From the NCBI GenBank assembly GCA_045597585.1, contig JAZLKL010000181.1:965-64964 (forward strand): 64,000 bases of DNA, written 5' to 3'. Below are positions 1-8,982 of the stretch, one piece after another. Under the pieces are notes generated by a model, which was not told the DNA's origin, did no database searches, and saw nothing but the letters and a program-made list of their open reading frames with translations. How positions within the stretch are numbered: position 1 is the first letter of the stretch; each line of letters starts with the position of its first letter. This DNA is from Bacteroidaceae bacterium (GTDB taxonomy: Bacteria; Bacteroidota; Bacteroidia; Bacteroidales; Bacteroidaceae). The translations under genes and the position numbers were made by a program.

Positions 1-1
1 C

Positions 2-2518
2 TTCGTTACCCCTTGCGAAGGTGCAGAGATATGCATCAAGGTCAACAACGATGCCGACAAGGTGGGCGTAGGCAAGGACTCGCATAGCGTAAGCGACCAG
101 ACGCAAGGCAACTGGAACGGTATGGTAGGCAAGATGGAGCTACGCGCCCTGCCCAAGCTCGAGATCACGCATGTCGATGTCTTCCCCGACGTAAAGAACC
201 ACAGTCTCCAGATAAAGGTCGATTTCGTCAACCATACCGCTTCATCCGTCCAAGATAAGGATTCTCATAGCAAGACTGACAAGACATTCATGGAGAAATC
301 TTCCCAGGGTAAGGCCAACAAAGCCAAGGCTTCCAAGGGTAAGGCCAGCAAGGGCATCGGCAGCGACTTCAGCTACCACCTTATGTGCTACACCGACTGC
401 AAGACCTTCGACGAGGTGGCCGACAAGCAGACTACCGACCACGACATCTCGCTCTCATTCACCATGAAGGCTCGCAAGGAGGTGCTTACTTGGGACGAGT
501 TTCACCCCCATCTCTATCACATGAACGTGGTGCTCTCCAACCAGGCTGGCCTCCATGACACCCTGCGTGTCACCTTTGGCATGCGAAACATCGACACCCA
601 GGGCAAGGACATCGTGGTGAATGGCAGGATGACCATGATGCGCGGAACCGTAGAGAACTGCTGCTTCCCGCTCACGGGCTATCCCCCCACCGACAAGGCA
701 TCATGGCTGAGCATCTTCCGCAAGTGTAAGGCATACGGCTTGAACCACATGCGTTTCCATTCATACTGTCCACCCGAGGCAGCCTTCCAGGCAGCCGACG
801 AACTGGGTTTCTACCTGCAACCCGAAGGTCCTTCTTGGCCTAACCACGGCATCAAGTTGGGTAATGGCATGATGATCGACAAATACCTCATGGAGGAGAC
901 ACAGCGCATGGTGCAGCAATACGGCAACCACCCCTCATTCGCCATGCTGAGTTGCGGCAACGAGCCTGCCGGCGCCTGGGTGAAGTGGGTGAGCCAGTTT
1001 GTCGATTACTGGCGTGCCACCGACAACCGCCGCATCTACACGGGTGCCTCCGTGGGTGGCAGTTGGGCATGGCAACCCAAGAACCAGTACCATGTTAAGG
1101 CAGGTGCACGTGGCTTGGCATCATGGCTCAAGGCCGAACCTTCGTCGGATGACGACTTCCGTGCCAACATCGACACCGTGAGCCAACCCTTCATCAGCCA
1201 TGAGACAGGGCAATGGTGTGCCTTCCCCGACTTCGATGAGATTTCCCAGTACACGGGTGTCTATAAAGCTCGTAACTTCGAGATATTCAGCGATATACTT
1301 ACCGACAACGGTATGGCAGACAAGGCCCGCAACTTCCTGCTCTCCAGTGGTAAGCTGCAGGTGCTGTGCTACAAGTATGAGATGGAGAAGACCTTGCGCA
1401 CCCCTCACTATGCCGGTTTCCAGCTCTTGGGATTGAACGACTACAGCGGACAGGGAACGGCCTTGGTAGGTCCCCTCAACGTGCTTTGGAGGGAGAAGGG
1501 CTACGTTGACTCGCTCTACTGGCGCGAGTTCTGCGCCCCCATCACCGTGCTCGCCCGTCTGCCCAAGTTCACCTTTGTGAGCGGTGAGCAGATACCCTAT
1601 GCCATCGAGGTGGCCAACTATGGCGAGAACATGATTACGTCCACCAAGGCGCGTGTGCAGATTCTCGACAAGGACAGCAACATCGTGGCTCAGAATCTGT
1701 TTGGCGGAGACAACATCGCCATGGGTGGCTGTCAACCCTTGGGAGCCTACACCCTGACGCTCAACGTGACCGAACCCACGCAATACATCATGCAGGCAGA
1801 GCTTTTCGGTGAGGTTGACGGCAAGGACATCTCCGTGGTGAACCATTGGAATCTCTGGGTGTATCCCCGTCATACAGCCGAGGAGATGATACAGTTGCAG
1901 AGCTCTATCAAGAACCTCTATGTCTGCCAGGGTGCCCTCGACGACAAGGCTGTCAAGGTGCTTGGCAAAGGCGGTACGGTGCTGGTGCTGGCAGGTGACA
2001 AGCTGACCTACGGTCGTGGCATCTCACAGCAGTTCACCCCCGTCTTCTGGAACACCTCCTGGTTCAAGATGAAGCCCCCTCACACCACCGGTATGTACAT
2101 CGAGAAGGAGCATCCTCTCTTCAGGTATTTCCCCACCGACGACTTCAGCGACATGCAATGGTGGGCGTTGATGAACCGTCAGCCCGTGATGCTGATGGAC
2201 CAGTTGCCCTCTCAGCTGCAACCCATGGTGCAACCCATCGACACCTGGTTCCTGAGTCGCAAGCTCGGCATGCTCTTCGAGGGCAAGGTGAGCAAGGGTA
2301 GGGTGCTTGTCAGCACTATGCCATTCGATGTGGCGTCCAGCACTCCCACCATACTCCAGATGTCGTATGCCTTGCTGAGCTACATGGCAAGCGCGGAGTT
2401 TGCACCCACCGTGCAACTCACGCCCGACCACATCAATGCTCTCTTCACCGAGAAGACTCCCGACGTAAACATGTTCACCAACGACTCTCCCGACGAGCTG
2501 AAGAAGAATATTAGATAG
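2..2518 (+). CDS. Glycoside hydrolase family 2 enzyme (beta-galactosidase/beta-mannosidase-like), 5' end cut by the window edge
   Basis: The frame is open from nt 2, with no stop upstream of the GTG at 62. TIM-barrel motifs NHMRFHSYCPPE...GFYLQPEGPSW and acid/base-type SCGNEPAG are typical of GH2. There is a Lys/Ala/Ser-rich insert, KANKAKASKGKASKG. Confidence 0.8.
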   Translation, partial: FVTPCEGAEICIKVNNDADKVGVGKDSHSVSDQTQGNWNGMVGKMELRALPKLEITHVDVFPDVKNHSLQIKVDFVNHTASSVQDKDSHSKTDKTFMEKSSQGKANKAKASKGKASKGIGSDFSYHLMCYTDCKTFDEVADKQTTDHDISLSFTMKARKEVLTWDEFHPHLYHMNVVLSNQAGLHDTLRVTFGMRNIDTQGKDIVVNGRMTMMRGTVENCCFPLTGYPPTDKASWLSIFRKCKAYGLNHMRFHSYCPPEAAFQAADELGFYLQPEGPSWPNHGIKLGNGMMIDKYLMEETQRMVQQYGNHPSFAMLSCGNEPAGAWVKWVSQFVDYWRATDNRRIYTGASVGGSWAWQPKNQYHVKAGARGLASWLKAEPSSDDDFRANIDTVSQPFISHETGQWCAFPDFDEISQYTGVYKARNFEIFSDILTDNGMADKARNFLLSSGKLQVLCYKYEMEKTLRTPHYAGFQLLGLNDYSGQGTALVGPLNVLWREKGYVDSLYWREFCAPITVLARLPKFTFVSGEQIPYAIEVANYGENMITSTKARVQILDKDSNIVAQNLFGGDNIAMGGCQPLGAYTLTLNVTEPTQYIMQAELFGEVDGKDISVVNHWNLWVYPRHTAEEMIQLQSSIKNLYVCQGALDDKAVKVLGKGGTVLVLAGDKLTYGRGISQQFTPVFWNTSWFKMKPPHTTGMYIEKEHPLFRYFPTDDFSDMQWWALMNRQPVMLMDQLPSQLQPMVQPIDTWFLSRKLGMLFEGKVSKGRVLVSTMPFDVASSTPTILQMSYALLSYMASAEFAPTVQLTPDHINALFTEKTPDVNMFTNDSPDELKKNIR

Positions 2519-2550
2519 ACCACCCCTCACAGACCCACATCACAGCCCCC

Positions 2551-2568
2551 CAGCCCCCTCGAGGGCTG
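2551..2568. terminator. GC-rich hairpin between convergent genes (possible bidirectional terminator)
   Basis: CAGCCC / GGGCTG stem around the palindromic core CCCTCGAGGG. It lies between the GH2 stop (2518) and the minus-strand stop (2576). The T-run is weak. Confidence 0.4.
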
Positions 2569-2575
2569 AGGGTCT

Positions 2576-4576
2576 TTATATCACCTTCAGTTTAACCATA
2601 ATAGTGGCCTTGTAGGTTTTGATGCCCACCTTGTGATAGACGGCTTGCTTGAGGGTGTAGGTCTTGCCCGCAGTGAGACGATTAGGATATTGCCCCACCT
2701 TGCACTGGTAATCGGTCGTGGAGAGCTCAGCATACATGGCCGCATTGCTGTCGTAGCCACATACATTGCCCGAAGTGGTGAACCAATGCCCCAGCACGGT
2801 GGCGCTGGAGGTAGATGTGGTGGTGTTGCTCGTCACGCTGCCATTGCTGCCCACAGCTACAAAACGAGGATTGGCCGAGGCATTACACTTCAAACTGTGC
2901 AACTGTTCGGTGGTAAGACCGAGTGCTTCGCTTATGGCATCGGTATCGTACTGTACATAGACAGCCGAGTAGTCGTTGGCACGTGCCAGGGTAGCCTCCA
3001 CGGTGACGGTAGTGTCGCGACGCTCATAGTCGGCAGGGAAGTCGGCCTCTGTGAAGACACGCTTGCTGGCAGCAGGACGCGTACCCTCGAAGTGAACGCG
3101 ATAAGGCCATTGCTCATCGTTGGTAGAGGGGGCTGCATTATAGCGATCCCACTCATGATGCCACCACACGGTGGGCGCACCCATCACCACCAACCACATA
3201 CGCTTGGCACCCTCAGGAAGCCTATAGCTGAGCGTGGCCTCTGCGTCACTCTGCATGTCGCCATACTGCGTGGAGCCATCGTCCATAAGGGTGACAAGTC
3301 CCCATCGCCATCCGGCACGGTTCTTATACACACTCTTGTAGCCCGACTCGCCAGGCAAGCCCTTAAAGCTGACCTTGACGGTAGTACCTGAGGCAGGCAT
3401 CTTGAGTTCGGTAATGTTATAGCCATAGTTCTGCGGACAATACTTGGCATCGGGTTGAAACCACTCCACGCCATCCACCTCTGTGGATTGCAGACGGTAG
3501 GGATGGGCTCCTATACGATGCTGGGCATAGGAATGCACCTCGTCGATGTCCCACGTACACATGTGGGCAAAACAGTCGTACATAAGCTTTGAGAAATCGT
3601 CCTGACTGAGGTTCTGCAGACGACGTATGGCATCGACAGGGTCTTCGGGACGCTTGCACTCACGCCAGATACGGCCGATGAAGTCCTGTCCGAACACCTG
3701 ACAGAGGTAATCCTGGTAGTAGCAGTTGTTGTAGCGTGCATCCTCGTGCAGCAGGTTGAGATGACAGGTATTCATGTATCCTTCAAAGTATTCTCCGTCA
3801 GTAAACTGACGTTCGGGATATACCTTGTAAGCCTGCCAGTTGGCACAATCCTCCCAGAAGCAGTTGTCACCGGCTCCGTTGGATGCAAAGCCCCAGCCAA
3901 AGCCACCCATGCCCTTGGAGGCATTGTCCACCCCGGTAAGGAACTGGAAGGTGTGCCCCACCTCATGCGCCACGGTATGTCCGCCACGAGCCTGATAGGC
4001 CGACTTGGAGAGGTTGAGTGTACCCACAGCATTGTCCTCACCACTGCCACTGGCCACCCAGTCGCCCGTCTTGTACATACGCATCACAATCTTATAGTTG
4101 TCGGTGCCCTTGCTCTTGCCGGGGGTAAGGAAACCAAGCTTGTTGACATACACATCCCACGCCTTCTCGGCACGTTCGAGGATGTAGTTCTTGTCGAAGG
4201 TCACGCCATCCTCCCAGAACACCACGAAATGCTCGCTCTCCTGCGAACGCTCAAAGCACCACTGACTGGTGGGCTTGGTGAAGTCGCAGTTCATGGACGA
4301 GGGCTTGAAGAGGTAGCGTCCAGGGTCGGTGAACATAAACACGCCGGGGGTGGAGGTAAGATAGCTGATGGACTTCACGCCAGAGGCGCCATCGGGCTTG
4401 CGCAACGTCATGCGCGACTCGCCCAGCTCGATGGTGTCGTAAGCAGCAATGGGATATACCTTGTTGGGAGTGAAGCGGTTGTCGTAACGATACCAGATGG
4501 TGTCGGGACGTGTGACCTGTGCCGTGGCACTACCAGCCATAGCCAGGAAAAGGGCAGAGAAAAGCATCTTCTTCAT
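2576..4576 (-). CDS. Secreted HEXXH zinc-metallopeptidase-like protein with a C-terminal beta-rich, possibly glycan-binding, region
   Basis: Signal peptide MKKMLFSALFLAMAGSATAQ and motif HTVAHEVGHTFQF (HEXXH). Its start overlaps the upstream ORF stop as ATGA (4573-4576). Confidence 0.6.
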   Translation of the reverse strand: MKKMLFSALFLAMAGSATAQVTRPDTIWYRYDNRFTPNKVYPIAAYDTIELGESRMTLRKPDGASGVKSISYLTSTPGVFMFTDPGRYLFKPSSMNCDFTKPTSQWCFERSQESEHFVVFWEDGVTFDKNYILERAEKAWDVYVNKLGFLTPGKSKGTDNYKIVMRMYKTGDWVASGSGEDNAVGTLNLSKSAYQARGGHTVAHEVGHTFQFLTGVDNASKGMGGFGWGFASNGAGDNCFWEDCANWQAYKVYPERQFTDGEYFEGYMNTCHLNLLHEDARYNNCYYQDYLCQVFGQDFIGRIWRECKRPEDPVDAIRRLQNLSQDDFSKLMYDCFAHMCTWDIDEVHSYAQHRIGAHPYRLQSTEVDGVEWFQPDAKYCPQNYGYNITELKMPASGTTVKVSFKGLPGESGYKSVYKNRAGWRWGLVTLMDDGSTQYGDMQSDAEATLSYRLPEGAKRMWLVVMGAPTVWWHHEWDRYNAAPSTNDEQWPYRVHFEGTRPAASKRVFTEADFPADYERRDTTVTVEATLARANDYSAVYVQYDTDAISEALGLTTEQLHSLKCNASANPRFVAVGSNGSVTSNTTTSTSSATVLGHWFTTSGNVCGYDSNAAMYAELSTTDYQCKVGQYPNRLTAGKTYTLKQAVYHKVGIKTYKATIMVKLKVI

Positions 4577-5028
4577 CGTCTCTGAATCTTTAGGGTGGAT
4601 ACTCCGTCGGTAATCACATAGGTGCCAGGGGCAAGGTCGTCCATGCTGACGCTGGACACCTGGTGAAGCGTGCGCACCACCTTGCCGTCAAGGCTCAGCA
4701 CACACACCAGGCTTCGTACGGCTCCCAGGGTGATGACGTTGCCTTGCAAACACATCTGGGGGGCGGAGGTGACCTGCTCCACGGCATCCACGGTGTTCTT
4801 CTCGCCAGCATAGTCAGTCTTGCTGTACGCAAAGCACTTGACGTTAGCAAACTCATACTGGATACCGTTGAGCGTGAAGGAGCCATCGCCATTCATGACG
4901 AGTTTGGGGGGCTCATCACCGTCAATACGGACGTACACTCGCGTGCCTACCTTGTCGTTAAGTGTAAACACAATACTCTTGGCTGATGCCAAAGTGGCAG
5001 AGAGGAATAGCCACAAGACCATCCTCAT
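4573..5028 (-). CDS. Small secreted hypothetical protein
   Basis: Start moved to the internal ATG (MRMVLWLFLSATLASAKS, signal-peptide-like). The upstream part of the 191-aa ORF has no coding-like features. It is translationally coupled to the HEXXH gene. Confidence 0.5.
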   Translation of the reverse strand: MRMVLWLFLSATLASAKSIVFTLNDKVGTRVYVRIDGDEPPKLVMNGDGSFTLNGIQYEFANVKCFAYSKTDYAGEKNTVDAVEQVTSAPQMCLQGNVITLGAVRSLVCVLSLDGKVVRTLHQVSSVSMDDLAPGTYVITDGVSTLKIQRR

Positions 5029-5144
5029 GCCGTGCACACGGCACACACCGTGCCTGCGCAATAGATGTTTGAATGATTGGGGTTTCATTGTTATGGGGGA
5101 GTTAAGAATTATTGGCGGTATTTCGGAATCACGGTATTCCGGTA

Positions 5145-8100
5145 TCAAGGGGCTTGATGGTTATCCAGCATTACGGTATGCCGGACTTCCTCGGTGATCC
5201 TTTTCACCGCTTTCTGTATCATATCGTGGGTGCCGCTGCCATCGTTGACATACGCCACCACCATACGGGCATACTGGATGGCATCACGAAGGGCATCCGT
5301 TTTCTCCGCGCGGCTGTTTGCCTCTTCAAGAAGGGGCAGGAGCTCGTGCAGGTCTTCGGGTTCTGCCAGATTGCCAGGGCGCATGGAGTTGAGCGCCACA
5401 TTGAGCGAAGAGGCAACCTGCATGACCTCACGGGCAGAAGCTGCACGGTTGGCATGTACCACCTGGGCATGTTGCCATTGCTCCAGGAAACGCGCATAGC
5501 CATGTGGAGCCCAGGGACTGTGCTCAGGCACCTTGACCACCATCTGCTGCCACGTCAGCTGTTCGTCGTGACGCTGTGCAGCGGTCTCCAAAGCCACGTC
5601 GAGCATCTGACGGTTAAGGACAAGCTGCTCCTTCTCGCTGGTAGCGGCTCCACCTAACACTTTCAGACGAAGATAGTGCGTGGAAAGCTGTGTAAGGTAG
5701 TAGTCGGGTTGAAGCACTACGGTATGCGGGGCAGGGACGTCGTGACGCATGGAAGCCCCCGTGTAGTCGTAGAGCGAGAGCGAATAGAGAGGGCCACCTG
5801 TGCCGTCCTGCTCCTCGTGGGCATTGCTGACCGAGAGGTTGGAGAGGTCGGGCAATACGTTGAAGTCGGCCTCCTGCCACGTATGCACATCGGGCGTAGC
5901 CATGACCAGAGGACCATACATGACCGTGGCCAACCAGGAGGGTGCAAAGGACGCCTGCGGATTGTCGTCGGTGGCAGCCACGTCCATCTTGTCAGGACCG
6001 AAGTCGAGGTGGGTGCTGTAGGCAAGATGTATCTTCACCTTGTCGCCATCACTCCATTCACGCTCGGGAATCTCATAGTACGAACAGGGCATCAGTTCGT
6101 CGGGCAACGGCTTGTGCTTGCCAGCCTTGTCGTCGGCCCAACGGGTGCGAGCAATGATTTTATCATTGAGAGAGACATATTTGTAGGCCGTGGCCCAATA
6201 GGGGATGCGAAGCTTGAGCGCAAAGCGCGACTTACGGCCAGCCACCTTATGCCGAACGCTGATAGTGACATCGCTGGCCGGCCAAGAGCACGACTGTGAG
6301 ATGAAGACATCCTGCTCGCGCCAGTAAGCCTCGGTAGGCATGTACTGGGCAACCCACAAGGTGCGGTCGTTTGCAAAGTAGGTGGCCTCCTGATACTTCA
6401 CGTGGTTCTCTGCACCCGTACCCCCGCAGCACGACGACTGAGGCGTCTCGTTGCCGAAAGGCTTGCGGGCATTCAACCCAACGGCATACTGGTAGGTGCA
6501 GGCATAGTGCTCAGGGTTGAGCGAACCTACAATCTGGTTCATCAGCACACGCTCGTAATAGTCCATGTAACGGGCATCGTCGGGATGGTAGGCGTAGAGG
6601 TCCTTGGTAAGCTTGGCAAGGTTGTAGGCGCAGCACGTCTCGTTGAGGTCGGGATTGGGATGCGTCTTGTGGTTCCTGCTCATCACGTTGGTGTTCATCG
6701 CCGTCATCTGCGAATAGGGCTGTCGGAACATCTCACCATTGCCCACACCACCCATGGCATAGACATAGCGCCCCTGCAGCATGTGCCAGAAATGGTGTGC
6801 CACATTATAAAAATAGGCATCGCCGCCTGCCTGGAAGGTGTGCAGCGCACCCGTGATCATGGGGATGTGCTGATTGGCGTGCCGTGTGCGCACATCGTCG
6901 ATGTGACGTGAGAGGGGCAGAAAGAAGGCAGGCGACTCGAAATAGGTGGAGGCCTGGAGCAGGTGCTCACGCTCGGTAGGATCGCCCGTGAGGGTGCTTA
7001 GACGAGCCAGCGACTCCTGCATGCCACCCACCTCGCCGACGATGTACATGTTCCACATCTCGTAGCGATTGCCCGGACGTGTGCGACGCTCCTGCTGCGT
7101 ACCCTCGCTCTGTACGAAGGTACGGTAGTGAAGGCGGTTCCACACCCATAAACCCATATCCTTGGCTATGAGCAAGGCTTTGTCGGCCACCTCCTTGTCG
7201 TCCACGTTGAGGGCGATGTCGATAAGTCCTGCCAACTGCTTATGGATGGTGTAGTAGGGTGCCCATACCCAATCCTCATTGTTGTACGCACGGTAGCACT
7301 CAATAAGCGCAGGATGGGCGGCGGGGATGGCATTCATATAGCCATACCCGTAGTGCGCATAGTCCTTCTTGTACTGGTCAAAGTCCGTCCATTTTCCCTT
7401 CATGGCAAGCAACTCCTCCTCGGGGGCATAATCGCGTGCCTCGCGATAGCGACCCAGGGCTTCGTCGAACACAAAGGTTCGCTCCTGACATTCGCGCATG
7501 GCATTCACCATACAGCGTATTGTACTAAGAAGCTGCGACTTATGGTTGTCAGGCTCATCCGTTTCTGTAGCATAGGCAAAAGCCAGGGCAGAGAGATAAT
7601 GCCCCGTGCCATGACCCTTGAGTTTAGTAGTGGGCGAGTCCCATCCATCGGCCACGGGATAGCCCTCGGTTGAGAGTCCGTAAGTGTCGCGATAGTTGTA
7701 GAGCATCTGTCGGTAGTCGATGCACAGCAGAGCCTCTACATCGAGCTTGCGGTTGTGGGTGAGTCGGTTCTCGCCCGTAAGACGCACATCCGACAAGGGG
7801 AGAGGATGAGCCACGGGAACGGGGGAAGGCGCAGGCGCAGAGTCCACCACGCTGACGTGAGCCACCACGGGGTAGCCCTGCTCGGTGGCATTGTCGCCGG
7901 TGACAAAGCCCTGCACGGTGTATTGTCTGCCCACGGCAAATTCGGCTTGACTGCGCTCGGTACTGGTGGAGGTATTTGTCCAACGCACCTGTCGCCATTC
8001 GCGAAGACCGTCGGAATAGGTCACCCATACCTGGAAGGGTAGGAGTGGTGCATTGCCTTGCGGACAATCAACGTGTACGGGTTGTATGCTAGCTATGGTG

Positions 8101-8207
8101 CGCCATTTCTTTTCCGCCTTGCCTTTAGGCGTAGGCATAGCAGCCGCCACGATGGGGCATAAGGCACTCCAGCAGGCAAGGGTAAAAAGCAGTAGTTTGT
8201 TTTTCAT
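5145..8207 (-). CDS. GH127/GH146-like (DUF1680) beta-L-arabinofuranosidase-type glycoside hydrolase with N- and C-terminal extensions
   Basis: Signal peptide present. It carries the Glu-x-Cys (NETCC) and Cys-Cys (SSCCGGTG) signature of the Zn/cysteine active site described for HypBA1-type enzymes, plus the (alpha/alpha)6-like motif HGTGHYLSALAFAY. Confidence 0.8.
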   Translation of the reverse strand: MKNKLLLFTLACWSALCPIVAAAMPTPKGKAEKKWRTIASIQPVHVDCPQGNAPLLPFQVWVTYSDGLREWRQVRWTNTSTSTERSQAEFAVGRQYTVQGFVTGDNATEQGYPVVAHVSVVDSAPAPSPVPVAHPLPLSDVRLTGENRLTHNRKLDVEALLCIDYRQMLYNYRDTYGLSTEGYPVADGWDSPTTKLKGHGTGHYLSALAFAYATETDEPDNHKSQLLSTIRCMVNAMRECQERTFVFDEALGRYREARDYAPEEELLAMKGKWTDFDQYKKDYAHYGYGYMNAIPAAHPALIECYRAYNNEDWVWAPYYTIHKQLAGLIDIALNVDDKEVADKALLIAKDMGLWVWNRLHYRTFVQSEGTQQERRTRPGNRYEMWNMYIVGEVGGMQESLARLSTLTGDPTEREHLLQASTYFESPAFFLPLSRHIDDVRTRHANQHIPMITGALHTFQAGGDAYFYNVAHHFWHMLQGRYVYAMGGVGNGEMFRQPYSQMTAMNTNVMSRNHKTHPNPDLNETCCAYNLAKLTKDLYAYHPDDARYMDYYERVLMNQIVGSLNPEHYACTYQYAVGLNARKPFGNETPQSSCCGGTGAENHVKYQEATYFANDRTLWVAQYMPTEAYWREQDVFISQSCSWPASDVTISVRHKVAGRKSRFALKLRIPYWATAYKYVSLNDKIIARTRWADDKAGKHKPLPDELMPCSYYEIPEREWSDGDKVKIHLAYSTHLDFGPDKMDVAATDDNPQASFAPSWLATVMYGPLVMATPDVHTWQEADFNVLPDLSNLSVSNAHEEQDGTGGPLYSLSLYDYTGASMRHDVPAPHTVVLQPDYYLTQLSTHYLRLKVLGGAATSEKEQLVLNRQMLDVALETAAQRHDEQLTWQQMVVKVPEHSPWAPHGYARFLEQWQHAQVVHANRAASAREVMQVASSLNVALNSMRPGNLAEPEDLHELLPLLEEANSRAEKTDALRDAIQYARMVVAYVNDGSGTHDMIQKAVKRITEEVRHTVMLDNHQAP

Positions 8208-8323
8208 TGGTTGGTTAACTTCGTTAGTTCACAGTTCACAGTTCATAGTTGTCTGTGCTTTGTGGACAGATAAGAAAGGGAATTTCGAGTTCTATCATTT
8301 TTGCGGGTCGATATAATCTATGA

Positions 8324-8352
8324 ACGCACTTTTGCTGGAGGCAAAAGTGCGT
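8324..8352 (-). terminator. Hairpin terminator downstream of the 153-aa ORF
   Basis: Perfect 12-bp stem ACGCACTTTTGC / GCAAAAGTGCGT with a 5-nt loop, 28 nt past the stop at 8380. Confidence 0.55.
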
Positions 8353-8379
8353 CATGACATTATGAATCAACCTAAACAA

Positions 8380-8841
8380 TTAGAACAAAGTAAGTTGCTC
8401 GGGTATGTCGGCATTCTTCTTCTTGGAACGAGGCTTGTGAACGGGTGCAGGCTCGGGAGCAGCCACGGGAGCCTCCTCCACAGGTTGAGCCACCTTTACC
8501 TCGGGTTCGGGCTGTGCCACTACCTCCTGCTGCACAATGGCTTCGGGTTGCGGCTGTGCGTTCAGGTTAGCATTATTGGCATTATTGGCATTCATGATTT
8601 CCTGCCAACGGTTGCTGCGGTTGGTCTTGGCCTGTCCGAGAAGACCTACACGGATGATGTAGCCATGACGGCGGTTGGTATAAACATCGCCTGGCTTCAG
8701 TGTGATATTGCTATGAAAGGAACTGTACTTCATGCCCATCTTCTCTTCGCCCATGATGTCGAAAATAGCCTTGGGTGAGCCAAAATAATAGTGCTGACCC
8801 TCCATCTCAAGATGAAATATCTTGGTTCTTGCTTGTCTCAT
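8380..8841 (-). CDS. Hypothetical protein: about 85-aa N-terminal domain, low-complexity Asn/Pro/Glu/Ala linker, C-terminal QLTLF
   Basis: The ORF has its own TAnnTTTG box and terminator. It contains NANNANNAN and PEPE/APVA low-complexity stretches and ends ...KKKNADIPEQLTLF. Confidence 0.6.
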   Translation of the reverse strand: MRQARTKIFHLEMEGQHYYFGSPKAIFDIMGEEKMGMKYSSFHSNITLKPGDVYTNRRHGYIIRVGLLGQAKTNRSNRWQEIMNANNANNANLNAQPQPEAIVQQEVVAQPEPEVKVAQPVEEAPVAAPEPAPVHKPRSKKKNADIPEQLTLF

Positions 8842-8901
8842 GATGATTGGTATAATTTAAGATTTATATCTATTATTTACCTGATTTTATAAATTTGGCA
8901 A

Positions 8902-8909
8902 CAAAGTTA
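8902..8909 (-). promoter_or_regulatory. Bacteroidetes -7 promoter box (TAACTTTG on the minus strand)
   Basis: CAAAGTTA on the plus strand, about 60 nt upstream of the ATG at 8841. It matches the TAnnTTTG consensus. Confidence 0.5.
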
Positions 8910-8952
8910 AAAAAAAATCTTTGTTTTGACAACACAATTTAACATTATTTTG

Positions 8953-8960
8953 TAATTTTG
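8953..8960 (+). promoter_or_regulatory. Bacteroidetes -7 promoter box (TAATTTTG)
   Basis: Lies 23 nt upstream of the ATG at 8983. Confidence 0.5.
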
Positions 8961-8982
8961 TCATCGTCAATCGAAATTACGT

